From NCBI GenBank assembly GCA_001189215.1, contig LFCR01000006.1, positions 67,550-131,549 of the forward strand: 64,000 bases of DNA, written 5' to 3'. Source of the DNA: Parcubacteria bacterium C7867-008. GTDB lineage: Bacteria > Patescibacteriota > Minisyncoccia > Phycocordibacterales > Phycocordibacteraceae. Of this stretch, positions 1 through 9,696 are shown piece by piece. Numbering within the stretch: the stretch's first letter is position 1; every line of letters begins with the position of its first letter. Made by a program: the position numbers and the translations under genes. The notes under the pieces were generated by a model that worked only from the letters and a program-made list of their open reading frames with translations, was not told where the DNA came from and ran no database searches.

Positions 1-85
1 GTATTCAGACTCTACGGGCCTCAAAATCTAGTTATCGACCCTCAGACTTCCTAAAGAAATTCATAGTCACACGACGACAAATCTC

Positions 86-268
86 TTGAACAGGAGTGTA
101 GTACCATTAGGACAACAGAGATTCATGAAAAATATTCTTCTCGCCATTTTTATACTTATCGTACTTGGTATATCTGTGGGATATACCTATGAAAAGACTG
201 TTATAAAGGAGGATTTTTCTGTCGTGAATACAGAAGAACCAATGGATATGGATTCTGATGAAATATAA
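86..268 (+). CDS. small hypothetical membrane-anchored protein (60 aa)
   Basis: ORF with a hydrophobic segment (ILLAIFILIVLGISVG) directly upstream of the sensor kinase; no recognisable domain. Confidence 0.3.
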   Translation: MNRSVVPLGQQRFMKNILLAIFILIVLGISVGYTYEKTVIKEDFSVVNTEEPMDMDSDEI

Positions 269-270
269 AT

Positions 271-1929
271 ATGCAGGACATCACCACTAATTTCGCTACG
301 TTTGGCAATAAGCTGTGTTCGGAGGAACTCTCGTGGTTTCTAGGGCTCTTTGATTTCTCCACCGCACCAACCCTCCTGTATTACTCGTATGTACCGATCG
401 TCATCGCGACGTTATTTATTGGTATATTTGTATTCGTAAATAACAAGACTTCCCTCAAGAGTAAATTGATGCTTGCGGTAGCGGTCCTGTTCTCGTTGTG
501 GGTGCTAAATATACTTACGCAGTGGGTTGCCTCATATCACTCTGCTCTCATGTTCGCGTGGCAGATGACTGCACTTATTGAAGTCGCGCTGTATCTCTCT
601 GTTGCATACTTTGCATATGTTTTCTATTTCAGAAAAGATCTTCCATTTACTTGGAAACTAGGATTCAGTGCAATTCTTCTCATGGTTTTAGTAGCGACTC
701 CCACCGAGTTCAACGTGCTTAATTACGACATATATAATTGTCAGGGAAATAACGGTTTGTTGTGGAACATCATTTATGCGCTTGAACCAGCCGTAATTGT
801 ATTTACCGTTTTGCTTGGAATCTTGGCACAAAATAGAGAGAAGGATCATGCATACCGTAAGCAGATTCGTTTGGTTACGGCTGGGTTGGCGGTATTTCTG
901 ACCACATTCTTTCTTTCAAATTATTATGGTGAACTGACCAAGGTATATGAATTCAACTTCTGGGGTCCTCTTGGCATGTTCTTCTTTGTGATGCTTCTCG
1001 GCTACATGATTGTGGAATTGAAAGCATTCAATGTTCAACTACTTGGCGCACAGGCACTGGTGCTTGGAAACATCCTTCTTGTGTTCTCAGAGTTCTTCTT
1101 CATTAAGGATACGATTAATTACATCTTGGTTTCAGGAACGTTGCTTCTTACGATAATATTCGGATTCTTGTTGGTTAAGAGTGTCCAAAGGGAAGTACGT
1201 CAGCGTGAACGTATCGAGTTACTTGCCGTAGATCTTCAAGAAGCAAATAAACAGCAGGTAACCCTTATCCACTTCATCACGCACCAAATTAAAGGCTTCG
1301 TAACTAAGTCACGCAATATTTTCTCAATGGCTCTTGAGGGGGACTTTGGGCCACTTCCCGAACAACTTAAACCAATGATTGAGGAAGGGTTCCGTTCAGA
1401 TACCAAGGGTGTTACCACCATTCAAGAAATCCTCAATGCTGCGAATATCAAGAGCGGTAAGGTGACGTACGCACAAGCGCCTTTCGATCTCAAAGAACTT
1501 GTGGAGGAGATCATCAAAGATCTGAAGCCAGCTGCAGATACAAAGAGCCTTGCACTTAGCTTTGAGACAACAGGCGATTCCTTTACATTCACTGGCGATC
1601 GTCAGCAGATGTATAACGCACTCAAGAATCTCGTTGATAACTCAATCAAGTACACTCCAAGTGGTACGGTATCAGTAGCTCTTGCTAAGGAAACAAATCA
1701 TTTCACCTTCACCATCAAAGACACTGGTATAGGTATCACCCCAGAAGACATGGCACACCTCTTCACAGAAGGTGGTCACGGAAAAGAATCTATAAAGGTG
1801 AACGTTGAATCAACAGGATTCGGTCTATACATCGTGAAGAACATCATTGATGCACACAAAGGAAAGGTATGGGCAGAGTCTGAAGGAGCAGGGAAGGGAT
1901 CGAAGTTCGTTGTTGAGCTTCCTGCGTAG
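271..1929 (+). CDS. membrane-bound sensor histidine kinase (multi-TM N-terminus, HisKA and HATPase_c C-terminus)
   Basis: About 7 predicted TM helices; phospho-acceptor His region (HFITHQIKGF); ATPase G-boxes (DTGIGI, GFGLYIV) at the C-terminus. Confidence 0.8.
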   Translation: MQDITTNFATFGNKLCSEELSWFLGLFDFSTAPTLLYYSYVPIVIATLFIGIFVFVNNKTSLKSKLMLAVAVLFSLWVLNILTQWVASYHSALMFAWQMTALIEVALYLSVAYFAYVFYFRKDLPFTWKLGFSAILLMVLVATPTEFNVLNYDIYNCQGNNGLLWNIIYALEPAVIVFTVLLGILAQNREKDHAYRKQIRLVTAGLAVFLTTFFLSNYYGELTKVYEFNFWGPLGMFFFVMLLGYMIVELKAFNVQLLGAQALVLGNILLVFSEFFFIKDTINYILVSGTLLLTIIFGFLLVKSVQREVRQRERIELLAVDLQEANKQQVTLIHFITHQIKGFVTKSRNIFSMALEGDFGPLPEQLKPMIEEGFRSDTKGVTTIQEILNAANIKSGKVTYAQAPFDLKELVEEIIKDLKPAADTKSLALSFETTGDSFTFTGDRQQMYNALKNLVDNSIKYTPSGTVSVALAKETNHFTFTIKDTGIGITPEDMAHLFTEGGHGKESIKVNVESTGFGLYIVKNIIDAHKGKVWAESEGAGKGSKFVVELPA

Positions 1930-2046
1930 TATTAAAGATCGAGGATAGTAGAAATCTAAATTGGTTATAAAGATTCACCTGAGAATCTAGAGGATGCAAG
2001 ACGTATATACTGCGTCTTTTTCTCTTAATACAGATAGCCTTAGAGT

Positions 2047-2742
2047 ATGGCTAAACCTGAAGAAAAGCAGCGTTCATTTGCATTACGACGAGAAGGTAAA
2101 AGCATTAAGGAGATCGCTGAAATTCTTCACGTAAGTAAAAGTGCTGCTAGTCTCTGGGTGCGCGATATTGAAATGACTCCTGAGCAAAAAGAATCATTAC
2201 GTCAGCGTCAGATCGAAGGAGGGCACATTGGACGCATTCGGGGTTCAGAAGCAAATCACCGTATGCGAATCGAACGAATGGATCTTGCAAAAGAATTGGC
2301 AGTAATAGAAGTACCAACACTTTCTTGCGAGCAACTATTCTTTATTGGTCTTGGTTTGTATTGGGGTGAAGGTACAAAAACAGAATCAAGTAGAAATGTA
2401 TCAATAGCTAATTCTGACCCACGAGTAATACAGCTAATGATTAGATGGTTTATAGAATGTCTCGATGTAGATAAGGAACGACTCCAACCAAAAGTCTTTA
2501 TCAGTGACGTTCACAAAGATAGGGAGGAGAAAATAACTGAATATTGGGAAGAAACTCTCGATATCCCTAGACAGTTCTTTTCCAAGACAATATTCCTTCC
2601 AAAAGGAAAGAAGATTTACGAAAATCACGATATGTATTATGGTGTTCTGGCACTCCGTGTACGCAGAGGTGGGGATATTAGGAACAGAATCCTTGCTACA
2701 ATTTGCCGTATAGCTGAGTTAAGTGCTACCATGCCGGTGTAG
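2047..2742 (+). CDS. HTH-domain protein, possibly nuclease-like
   Basis: N-terminal HTH (SIKEIAEILHVSKSAASLWV); internal GLGLYWGEGTK motif loosely resembling a LAGLIDADG-type box; the stop overlaps tRNA-Met by 10 nt. Confidence 0.35.
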   Translation: MAKPEEKQRSFALRREGKSIKEIAEILHVSKSAASLWVRDIEMTPEQKESLRQRQIEGGHIGRIRGSEANHRMRIERMDLAKELAVIEVPTLSCEQLFFIGLGLYWGEGTKTESSRNVSIANSDPRVIQLMIRWFIECLDVDKERLQPKVFISDVHKDREEKITEYWEETLDIPRQFFSKTIFLPKGKKIYENHDMYYGVLALRVRRGGDIRNRILATICRIAELSATMPV

Positions 2743-2807
2743 TTCAACGGTTAGAACAAGACACTCATAAAGTCTAGACGATGGTTCAACTCCATCCATC
2801 GGCACCA
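2733..2807 (+). tRNA. tRNA-Met (CAT anticodon, elongator or Ile2-type not resolved)
   Basis: Manual cloverleaf: acceptor GCCGGTG/CATCGGC, D-arm GTTC/GAAC, anticodon loop CTCATAA, T-arm GATGG-TTCAACT-CCATC, encoded CCA. Confidence 0.85.
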
Positions 2808-2809
2808 AT

Positions 2810-3508
2810 ATGCAGGTAATCATTCTCGCAGCCGGACGTGGCACTCGTATGGGTACCCTCACAGATGAGGTCCCTAAGCCTATGCTCAAGGTGCATGGGA
2901 AGACCCTGCTTGAACATAAGTTCGATATCCTTCCTGCAGACTGTGAAGAGATCATCCTTATTGTCGGATACAAGGCAGAAGTGATTCGTAATGCATACGG
3001 AGATTCATATAAGGGAATTCCAATCCGATACATTGTTCAGGAAACCCTAGACGGTACCGGTGGGGCGGTATGGCTAGCGCGCCCGTTTATCAAAGATAGG
3101 TTTGCAGTACTCATGGGAGACGATATATATGGTACCGATGATCTAGCCAACACTCTTGCTGCAGCAGACTGGGCACTTCTGGTTGAACGTACAGAGAACA
3201 TGGCTGAGGGTGGAATTATGGTGGTTGATGAGAACAACCATGTGTTGGGTATTGAAGAAGGTGATCATCGTGGAAAGGCAGGGGTGATGAACACCAACCT
3301 GTTTGTTCTGGATACTCGGGTATTTGAATTCCCGCCAGTGCCCAAGACTGCAGGTAGTTCTGAATACGGTCTCCCACAGACCGTTGTGGAGGCTTCAAAG
3401 AAGTTCGGTATTCCCGTACATGCCATAGACTCCGCCTCCTGGATCCAGGTAACGGCTCCGGAAGATGTGGTTCGCGCCGAGTCCTTACTGCCCGCTCCCT
3501 TGAACTAG
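2810..3508 (+). CDS. sugar-phosphate nucleotidyltransferase (NTP_transferase family)
   Basis: N-terminal MQVIILAAGRGTRMG glycine-rich loop typical of G1P thymidylyl/uridylyl/guanylyl-transferases. Confidence 0.7.
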   Translation: MQVIILAAGRGTRMGTLTDEVPKPMLKVHGKTLLEHKFDILPADCEEIILIVGYKAEVIRNAYGDSYKGIPIRYIVQETLDGTGGAVWLARPFIKDRFAVLMGDDIYGTDDLANTLAAADWALLVERTENMAEGGIMVVDENNHVLGIEEGDHRGKAGVMNTNLFVLDTRVFEFPPVPKTAGSSEYGLPQTVVEASKKFGIPVHAIDSASWIQVTAPEDVVRAESLLPAPLN

Positions 3509-3578
3509 CAGGGAAAACAGGCTATATTCGATGAGTTCGCAGTGCCTCAGGCGTGCGCGGTCTGAGGCGCAATATACT

Positions 3579-3652
3579 GCGGTCGTAGCTCAACTGGTTA
3601 GAGCACCCGCCTGTCACGCGGGAGGTTGCGAGTTCAAGTCTCGTCGACCGCG
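3579..3652 (+). tRNA. tRNA-Asp (GTC)
   Basis: Cloverleaf: acceptor GCGGTCG/CGACCGC, anticodon stem-loop CCCGC-CTGTCAC-GCGGG, T-loop TTCAAGT; CCA not encoded. Confidence 0.9.
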
Positions 3653-3666
3653 CAACGTTCAGAAGT

Positions 3667-3700
3667 CTAGAAAGACCGCCCATGTTGGCGGTCTTTCTAG
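3667..3700. terminator. perfect 14-bp palindromic hairpin downstream of tRNA-Asp
   Basis: ctagaaagaccgcc-catgtt-ggcggtctttctag; symmetric, so the hairpin itself cannot indicate orientation. Confidence 0.5.
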
Positions 3701-3728
3701 TTGCAATACAGTGCTAGAATTCCCACAT

Positions 3729-5474
3729 ATGCAGACTGTCGAAATGAAAGAGAGGATAGGGACCTCTTTCGGACCATCATACGCCGTGCTCAATCTATCG
3801 AAGGTAGGATTACGGTATTTCCGCTTTATGATCAAGTCTTCGCCAAAATCTCGATCAAGACTTCTTAAAGTATTCGCTGATCATCCAAATATAGGTTGGA
3901 TATTTTCTGCAACTGGCTGGTTCAATCTGGCAGTGGGAGTTTGGGCAAAAGACAACGCTGAGATTAATGATATCAGCACCTCCATTCGTTCGGTTCTAGG
4001 GAAGGATGACAAGATCGTATACCAATCAGAACTTACCAGTCTATATGGATTTGGAGACAGGCTCATAGGCAAAGACTTTTCACCAATGCCAATTATTGAT
4101 GCGGTATACAGTCCTATAGAACTCACACCTATTGAATTGGATTATATAAAACTCCTGACACTCGATAGCACACAAGACTCGAATGAACTTTCAGAAGTTC
4201 TGGGTATTCCATCTAATGAAGTAGATATACTTACGCAGTCTCTTACCGAGAAGGGAATCATTGTGGGGTATCAAGAGCGTATAAATTACACAGGTATCTA
4301 TTACAAAGTTTTTATAGATACGTTAAGCAAAAAGAATTCCCACGCTGTAGATGTGCTACTGGAAAAGCTTTGGACAGATCCGAAATGTATATATGTAGAG
4401 CGTGCGAATGGTAAATATGATCTAGAGTTCGAACTTATTCTTGCTCGTAAGGGTGATCTTAAGCCGTACCTAAAAGATTTTGGAGAGTATAAAACTGCTA
4501 TCCTAACCGAAAACCTATACACCAATCTCTACCCTCTAAATAAGACTGCCAACTTGCGAGCTATTCAAGAAGCATTGGTAGGGCAGGACGGGCCAGTCAT
4601 TGATTTCCGTAACTCAAAACTATGGTATCTGAACCACCATGGTGCAGACGCGTATCTAAGCATTTATGAGAACCGTGCATACTTTGAGACGATGGAGAAG
4701 AGTGAACTCGATTTGTTCGATGAAGTTGCCTCATACATTCGCACTGGACATGACGATATCAAATACAGCGTAATGGATATTGGTAGTGGCGACGGTCTCA
4801 AGGGAAGGGTATTTATTGAACGACTCGGTGAGAAGGACGTGAAAGGCTATTATCCAATTGATATTCAGCCTATTGAACTTGCGGTGGCACTTCGTACTCA
4901 CCAGGAAGGAGCGTACGCTAAGCATCCTACACTCCTTGATATTGAAAATTTGCCGGCACGTTTTCCGTTAACGCTACTTCCTTCTGAAGAACAGGTGTAC
5001 GTTTTCTTTGGCGGAACGTACGGCAATTTTAAAAGTGCAGAAATAAATCAATACTTAAAACCAATCGTGCAGCCGGGCATAGAGATGCTTATCTCGATGC
5101 CGATCATAACTGAAGGTAAGACGGAAGAAGAGATCATTGCTTCATATACAGGAACAAAATTCCAGGATATGACATTCGGACCACTTGCGCAGATTGGATT
5201 CAAATTAGAAGACTTTGAAACAAGTACGCTACAAGATGATCTACATGTATATATTGCAATGGAGGATCAGCGACTCGTGTCCTCATATATTCTGAAAGAA
5301 GACGTTGTAGTACTTGGACGAACCTTCGATAAAGGGACCACGTTTAAGATGACCTCATCTTGGAAACCTACTCTAGATCAGGTCATCGACGCACTCGCTC
5401 AAGACTTTGACGTTAAGAAGACGTTCCACAATAAGGACATGTCCATTTCATTGGTGTGTGCAAAGACCACCTAA
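3729..5474 (+). CDS. fusion protein: RAM (AsnC_trans-like) domain, full Lrp/AsnC regulator (HTH and RAM), and EgtD-like SAM-dependent methyltransferase (Methyltransf_33-like)
   Basis: The ORF track runs through tRNA-Asp, so the start is taken at ATG 3729 after the tRNA and hairpin. The middle region resembles Lrp/AsnC (ELDYIKLL...LSEVLGIPSNEV...GII.GY). The C-terminus carries MDIGSGDG (SAM motif I) and FFGGTYGNF resembling the EgtD LGSSIGNF motif. Confidence 0.55.
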   Translation: MQTVEMKERIGTSFGPSYAVLNLSKVGLRYFRFMIKSSPKSRSRLLKVFADHPNIGWIFSATGWFNLAVGVWAKDNAEINDISTSIRSVLGKDDKIVYQSELTSLYGFGDRLIGKDFSPMPIIDAVYSPIELTPIELDYIKLLTLDSTQDSNELSEVLGIPSNEVDILTQSLTEKGIIVGYQERINYTGIYYKVFIDTLSKKNSHAVDVLLEKLWTDPKCIYVERANGKYDLEFELILARKGDLKPYLKDFGEYKTAILTENLYTNLYPLNKTANLRAIQEALVGQDGPVIDFRNSKLWYLNHHGADAYLSIYENRAYFETMEKSELDLFDEVASYIRTGHDDIKYSVMDIGSGDGLKGRVFIERLGEKDVKGYYPIDIQPIELAVALRTHQEGAYAKHPTLLDIENLPARFPLTLLPSEEQVYVFFGGTYGNFKSAEINQYLKPIVQPGIEMLISMPIITEGKTEEEIIASYTGTKFQDMTFGPLAQIGFKLEDFETSTLQDDLHVYIAMEDQRLVSSYILKEDVVVLGRTFDKGTTFKMTSSWKPTLDQVIDALAQDFDVKKTFHNKDMSISLVCAKTT

Positions 5475-5520
5475 TACTATTGATGTATGAAACTAAAATA
5501 TTCTTCCCACGACTCTGGAA

Positions 5521-5643
5521 TAATGGTTGGAGCTACGGGTTGGTTCTGGATCCTCATACTATTAATTTTTGTTATTAGTTTCGGCTTTAACTGGATCGTT
5601 GAAGAACATCCAGAGTTTTTTCAGTATCTACATATTATTTAAA
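5521..5643 (+). CDS. possible 40-aa small membrane protein
   Basis: Unlisted short ORF MVGATGWFWILILLIFVISFGFNWIVEEHPEFFQYLHII with weak RBS; speculative. Confidence 0.2.
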
Positions 5644-5733
5644 AAAGTTCCGCAATCCTAATTAAGAGATTGTTTATAGCTTGTTAGCGACAACACCCTA
5701 GACATCTTGTCTGGGGTGTTCTACGTTCATAGT

Positions 5734-6279
5734 ATGAGAAACCCGCAAAACATACTGGTAGCTGTAATCATTATTCTCCTAATCGTAATCATCGGTGGCG
5801 GATATTACATTATTGCTAGTAATCCAATTGCAACCATACCCTCGCCAACAAGTACCTCCACTACTCAAGAGATACAGAAAAGCGATACAAGCGGAAAATC
5901 AGCACAACCTTCTGTATCTCACGTCGATTGGACGGCTCCTGGGTATATTGGAACGCTCGTGACGATTGACAATGATTCGCTTCAGTCCGCATCTCCAAAC
6001 CCAACCATTAGTGGTACTGCACAGGGCTTCGGCTCACTTAATATTGGCGTCATATCAAATGACAGAAGTGGATCAGCCGTATTTAACGTAAAACCGATTC
6101 CGGTGGTAAATGGAAAATGGTCCATCCAGCTTGTTCGAAGTACGTTCGGTGGTTCAGGAAATGTGTTTAATGATACGGGAACCGTGCCGGATGGTAGCTA
6201 CAACATACAGATATCTCCTGGACCAACCTATGTGGCGAATTCTCTGATAAACGCCACCATGATTGTTGATGCGAACTAA
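5734..6279 (+). CDS. secreted or membrane-anchored hypothetical protein (Ser/Thr-rich linker)
   Basis: N-terminal TM (ILVAVIIILLIVIIGGGYYIIA) followed by PSPTSTSTT linker; start chosen at the internal ATG of ORF 5707..6279. Confidence 0.45.
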   Translation: MRNPQNILVAVIIILLIVIIGGGYYIIASNPIATIPSPTSTSTTQEIQKSDTSGKSAQPSVSHVDWTAPGYIGTLVTIDNDSLQSASPNPTISGTAQGFGSLNIGVISNDRSGSAVFNVKPIPVVNGKWSIQLVRSTFGGSGNVFNDTGTVPDGSYNIQISPGPTYVANSLINATMIVDAN

Positions 6280-6306
6280 GATCAGAGAAAGGTTTAGCAA
6301 CACCGT

Positions 6307-6612
6307 ATGAGCTTCGAATCATTCAATCTGGTTGAAGCAGGCTTTTGGGTTGCGTGTGCTGTACTCACACGTACCGCTATCGGTAAGGTAAAGAACATTG
6401 GGCCGTTCTTCTGGAAGTTGCTCAGCATCAATTTCTTTCTATTTGGACTCTCTGATCTTGCAGAGCTTATGTACGGAGAGAGCTTCCTGCTTCCTGGAGG
6501 GGAATGGCTCTATCTTTGGAAAACACTGTGTGTCTTAGGATTTGTAGCACTTACTGCGTATTATCTCTGGGTACGTATATTTAGTGGTACCGTTACTAAA
6601 GCCAGATACTAA
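6307..6612 (+). CDS. hypothetical membrane protein
   Basis: 3-4 hydrophobic helices; no recognisable motif. Confidence 0.4.
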   Translation: MSFESFNLVEAGFWVACAVLTRTAIGKVKNIGPFFWKLLSINFFLFGLSDLAELMYGESFLLPGGEWLYLWKTLCVLGFVALTAYYLWVRIFSGTVTKARY

Positions 6613-6623
6613 GCATCCTACCC

Positions 6624-7250
6624 ATGACTCCACATTCATCTATTTCCCTATATAAGCTAGTGTTAGTAGTTTTTATTGTCTCAGTGGTAACCATTCCGCA
6701 AATGGCTCTAGCAGCTACTGTTGACCTTAAGGTGAATGACTCAGATTCCGCGTTGAGTTATTCAGGAAAAAAGAAACTCAATCTTTCTTGGGTCGGCACA
6801 GGAGTGCAGAATTGTGACATTTATGTGGGTAGGGGCACCTCTTTTAAAGTTAAGAGTACAGGCACCAAGAAGCTCAAGGTTTCTTCTGATGCGCCGTATG
6901 TAAGCTTCAACTGTAACGATGCTGCGACAGGCAAAGCTATAAGTGATTACGTGTATATAACAGATCCAAAAGGAACGAGTGGATTCTCTGTCACCACCAA
7001 TGATACGCATACGGTTACTGCCTATGCCACTGGCAAACGAACCACTCCAGTATGTGTAGGGGAGTACTTTGGAACCATTAAGTGGGGAGACAGAAGTAGT
7101 AATCCTGTTGGTCCAGAACTTAAGAATCAGCAGTGCGGTACCGATGTTACCGATATGCAAACACACTGGTATCAAAAAGCTGGCAAGTATACAGTTACGT
7201 TTACTGACTGGGCAGGACGTACACACAAAGAGAAAGTCACAATTCCCTAG
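6624..7250 (+). CDS. secreted hypothetical protein
   Basis: Signal-peptide-like N-terminus (LVLVVFIVSVVTIPQMALA). Confidence 0.45.
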   Translation: MTPHSSISLYKLVLVVFIVSVVTIPQMALAATVDLKVNDSDSALSYSGKKKLNLSWVGTGVQNCDIYVGRGTSFKVKSTGTKKLKVSSDAPYVSFNCNDAATGKAISDYVYITDPKGTSGFSVTTNDTHTVTAYATGKRTTPVCVGEYFGTIKWGDRSSNPVGPELKNQQCGTDVTDMQTHWYQKAGKYTVTFTDWAGRTHKEKVTIP

Positions 7251-7292
7251 ACTTAGGGAATTGTCCTCGAGAGCCATGCTAGCTTTAATGGC

Positions 7293-9074
7293 ATGAGACA
7301 TCGTCTTGGCTTCATTGCGGTACTGGCAATCATGCTTGCTGCTGCACTCCCAGCTTCAGCACAATATGACGGATATGAAGTAATAACGTCATACGCCTCT
7401 ACTATGACCGTGCGGACAGACGGAACGGTAGCCGTTGCGGAAGATATCGCATACAGCTTTGGTACTCAAGAACGACACGGCATATACAGAGATATTCCAC
7501 AGAAACGAGTACCAGGAGGCGCACTACCCATTGAAATAGCAGATGTACAGGTTACGGATGAACAAGGGAAGCCGTATACCTTCACTCAAGAGCATGAAGG
7601 AGACAATATACGTATTCGTATAGGTGATCCTGATATCTTGATCCGGGGAGTACATACCTATCACATTGAATATATTGCACACAATGCTATTGGTCACTTT
7701 GATGATCGTGATGAGTTGTACTGGAATGCCGTAGGTACCGGATGGGCTGTACCGGTACTTAATGCGGTTTCTACGGTGGTTATTCCAGGAAGCTTTGTGG
7801 AAGGTCAGTTGTACACGGCCTCCTATTGTGGATACGAGGGTAGCAATGATCCTTGTTCGGAGCCACCATACTCATACGATCCATCTAGTAATCAGACGGT
7901 CTTTACCTTTGCACGCGACGAGCTCGGGCCGTATCAAGGAATGACCATTGCTACCGGCTTTCCTTTAGGAATAGTCACACTCCCCACAACAAAAGACATC
8001 ATTTATTATTATGTCCTGCACTACTGGTATGTGCCTCTTATTGGCATACCAGCAACCATTTTTGTTCTGTGGTTCTTCTGGGAAATAATTATCAAAATCA
8101 TAGCGCTAATAAAGCTTCTCACTAGAGAATTAATTGCTTCTATCAAGGAGAGTTTTGCGATACAACAATATGATAGAACGCACGTTGTGGTAGCTGAGTA
8201 TGATGCAGGCGATATAACTCCTTTGGAATCAGGTTTGCTCAGTAAGGGTATTGTGGCTGATAGCTATCTTTCTGCTGAGCTCATTTGGCTTGCGATACAA
8301 GGGTATATTCGAATTGAATATAACGATGGAGACTATCGATTCGCGCGTACTCAAAAGACATCAGACGGATTGTCCTTATACAACAGCATTTTACTTGCAG
8401 GTATAGCAGACCGTACAACATCTTCGTTGAAAGATGAATTCTATACAACAGCAAAACGAGCTAAGGAACTGGTCACCGAGTCTCTCGTAGAGCGCAGGTA
8501 TATGGAAACGGTTGTTGATATGTCACAGATGCTGCGAAGCAGCTTCCAACATATCGTGATTATCATTGTGGTGGCTGCCGTCTTGTTACTAGTTGCAAAC
8601 ATATTCGGTGCAATCTTGGGAATCATTATTATGGTTGCATTGGATTTAATCCACTTTGGACTTCCGCACCTTACTCAAATGGGTATCGAACTACGAAGAC
8701 GCCTTCAGGGACTCAAACTATATATTTCAGTTGCTGAAGTAGAACGAATCAAATTCCATAATGCACCTGCAAAGTCTCCTGAACTCTTTGAGAAATTACT
8801 CCCATACGCCATGGTCTTTGGTCTTGAGAAAGAATGGGCAGCACAGTTCGAAGGTATCTATACACAACCACCAGCATGGTACACAGGAGACAATCGCATG
8901 GATGCATTCTCAGTGGGATTATTTACCTCACATATACAGAGTCTCTCTTCAGAGACCGCACAGGCACTAACCTCACAACCAGCACCTTCAGGTAGTTCAG
9001 GAAGCTTCAGCGGTTCATCAGGTGGCGGTTTCTCCGGAGGCGGAGGCGGCGGTGGTGGAGGGGGAAGTTGGTAG
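7293..9074 (+). CDS. DUF2207-like membrane protein (signal peptide, extracellular domain, TM helices, Gly/Ser-rich C-terminal tail)
   Basis: N-terminal signal peptide, central and distal TM helices, C-terminal SGSSGSFSGSSGGGFSGGGGGGGGGGSW tail characteristic of DUF2207. Confidence 0.55.
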   Translation: MRHRLGFIAVLAIMLAAALPASAQYDGYEVITSYASTMTVRTDGTVAVAEDIAYSFGTQERHGIYRDIPQKRVPGGALPIEIADVQVTDEQGKPYTFTQEHEGDNIRIRIGDPDILIRGVHTYHIEYIAHNAIGHFDDRDELYWNAVGTGWAVPVLNAVSTVVIPGSFVEGQLYTASYCGYEGSNDPCSEPPYSYDPSSNQTVFTFARDELGPYQGMTIATGFPLGIVTLPTTKDIIYYYVLHYWYVPLIGIPATIFVLWFFWEIIIKIIALIKLLTRELIASIKESFAIQQYDRTHVVVAEYDAGDITPLESGLLSKGIVADSYLSAELIWLAIQGYIRIEYNDGDYRFARTQKTSDGLSLYNSILLAGIADRTTSSLKDEFYTTAKRAKELVTESLVERRYMETVVDMSQMLRSSFQHIVIIIVVAAVLLLVANIFGAILGIIIMVALDLIHFGLPHLTQMGIELRRRLQGLKLYISVAEVERIKFHNAPAKSPELFEKLLPYAMVFGLEKEWAAQFEGIYTQPPAWYTGDNRMDAFSVGLFTSHIQSLSSETAQALTSQPAPSGSSGSFSGSSGGGFSGGGGGGGGGGSW

Positions 9075-9082
9075 GTATTTGT

Positions 9083-9682
9083 ATGGAACTCACTGCACTC
9101 GAGCAAGAGGTACTTGAACAATACGAAGCATCGTTATTTGTTCCTCCTCAACCTACACGTAAGCAATTTATCCTGTGTCCGGTTGGAATCGTTGGGGCAG
9201 GAAAGACTACGGTGTTAAAACCGCTTGCAGAGAAACTCGCTCTCGTACGTATTTCAGGTGACGATATTCGTTTCCTTTTAAAACAACGAGGCCTCTCATA
9301 CGATGGAGTAGTATCGATTGGTGCTGCGATAAGTAAGAAGTACCTGTCGGAAGGGTATAGTCTTGCGCTCGATAGTGATGCTGCAAGTCCACGTAGTAAG
9401 GAGGTGATTGAGGACGCTCAGGAAGAATTTGGTGTTATCCCAATTTGGGTACACATTAACCCTCCAGAGGACTTCATTCTCAATAAGCTCCGCACATACA
9501 AACACACCTGGCTGTTTAAGGATGCAGATCAGGCAGTTCAAAACTATATGAATCGAAAGGAACTACATGAGAATCTTGAAGAATATCCCTTTGTATATAC
9601 ATTCGACACCTCCAAAACAGACCTAGCCACCCAGATTGCAGAGGCGGTAGCGATCATTGAACCCTTGACCGTACTTGAATAA
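9083..9682 (+). CDS. P-loop NTPase, AAA_33 or zeta-toxin-like kinase fold
   Basis: Walker A GIVGAGKTT; start moved to the internal ATG with MELTALEQ. Confidence 0.5.
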   Translation: MELTALEQEVLEQYEASLFVPPQPTRKQFILCPVGIVGAGKTTVLKPLAEKLALVRISGDDIRFLLKQRGLSYDGVVSIGAAISKKYLSEGYSLALDSDAASPRSKEVIEDAQEEFGVIPIWVHINPPEDFILNKLRTYKHTWLFKDADQAVQNYMNRKELHENLEEYPFVYTFDTSKTDLATQIAEAVAIIEPLTVLE

Positions 9683-9696
9683 ATCAAGGTATATGC

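Noticed and set aside
3531-3728. N-terminal 66 aa of ORF 3531..5474
   Set aside because: This part of the reading frame runs straight through tRNA-Asp (3579..3652) and a perfect palindromic hairpin. The coding gene most plausibly starts at ATG 3729.
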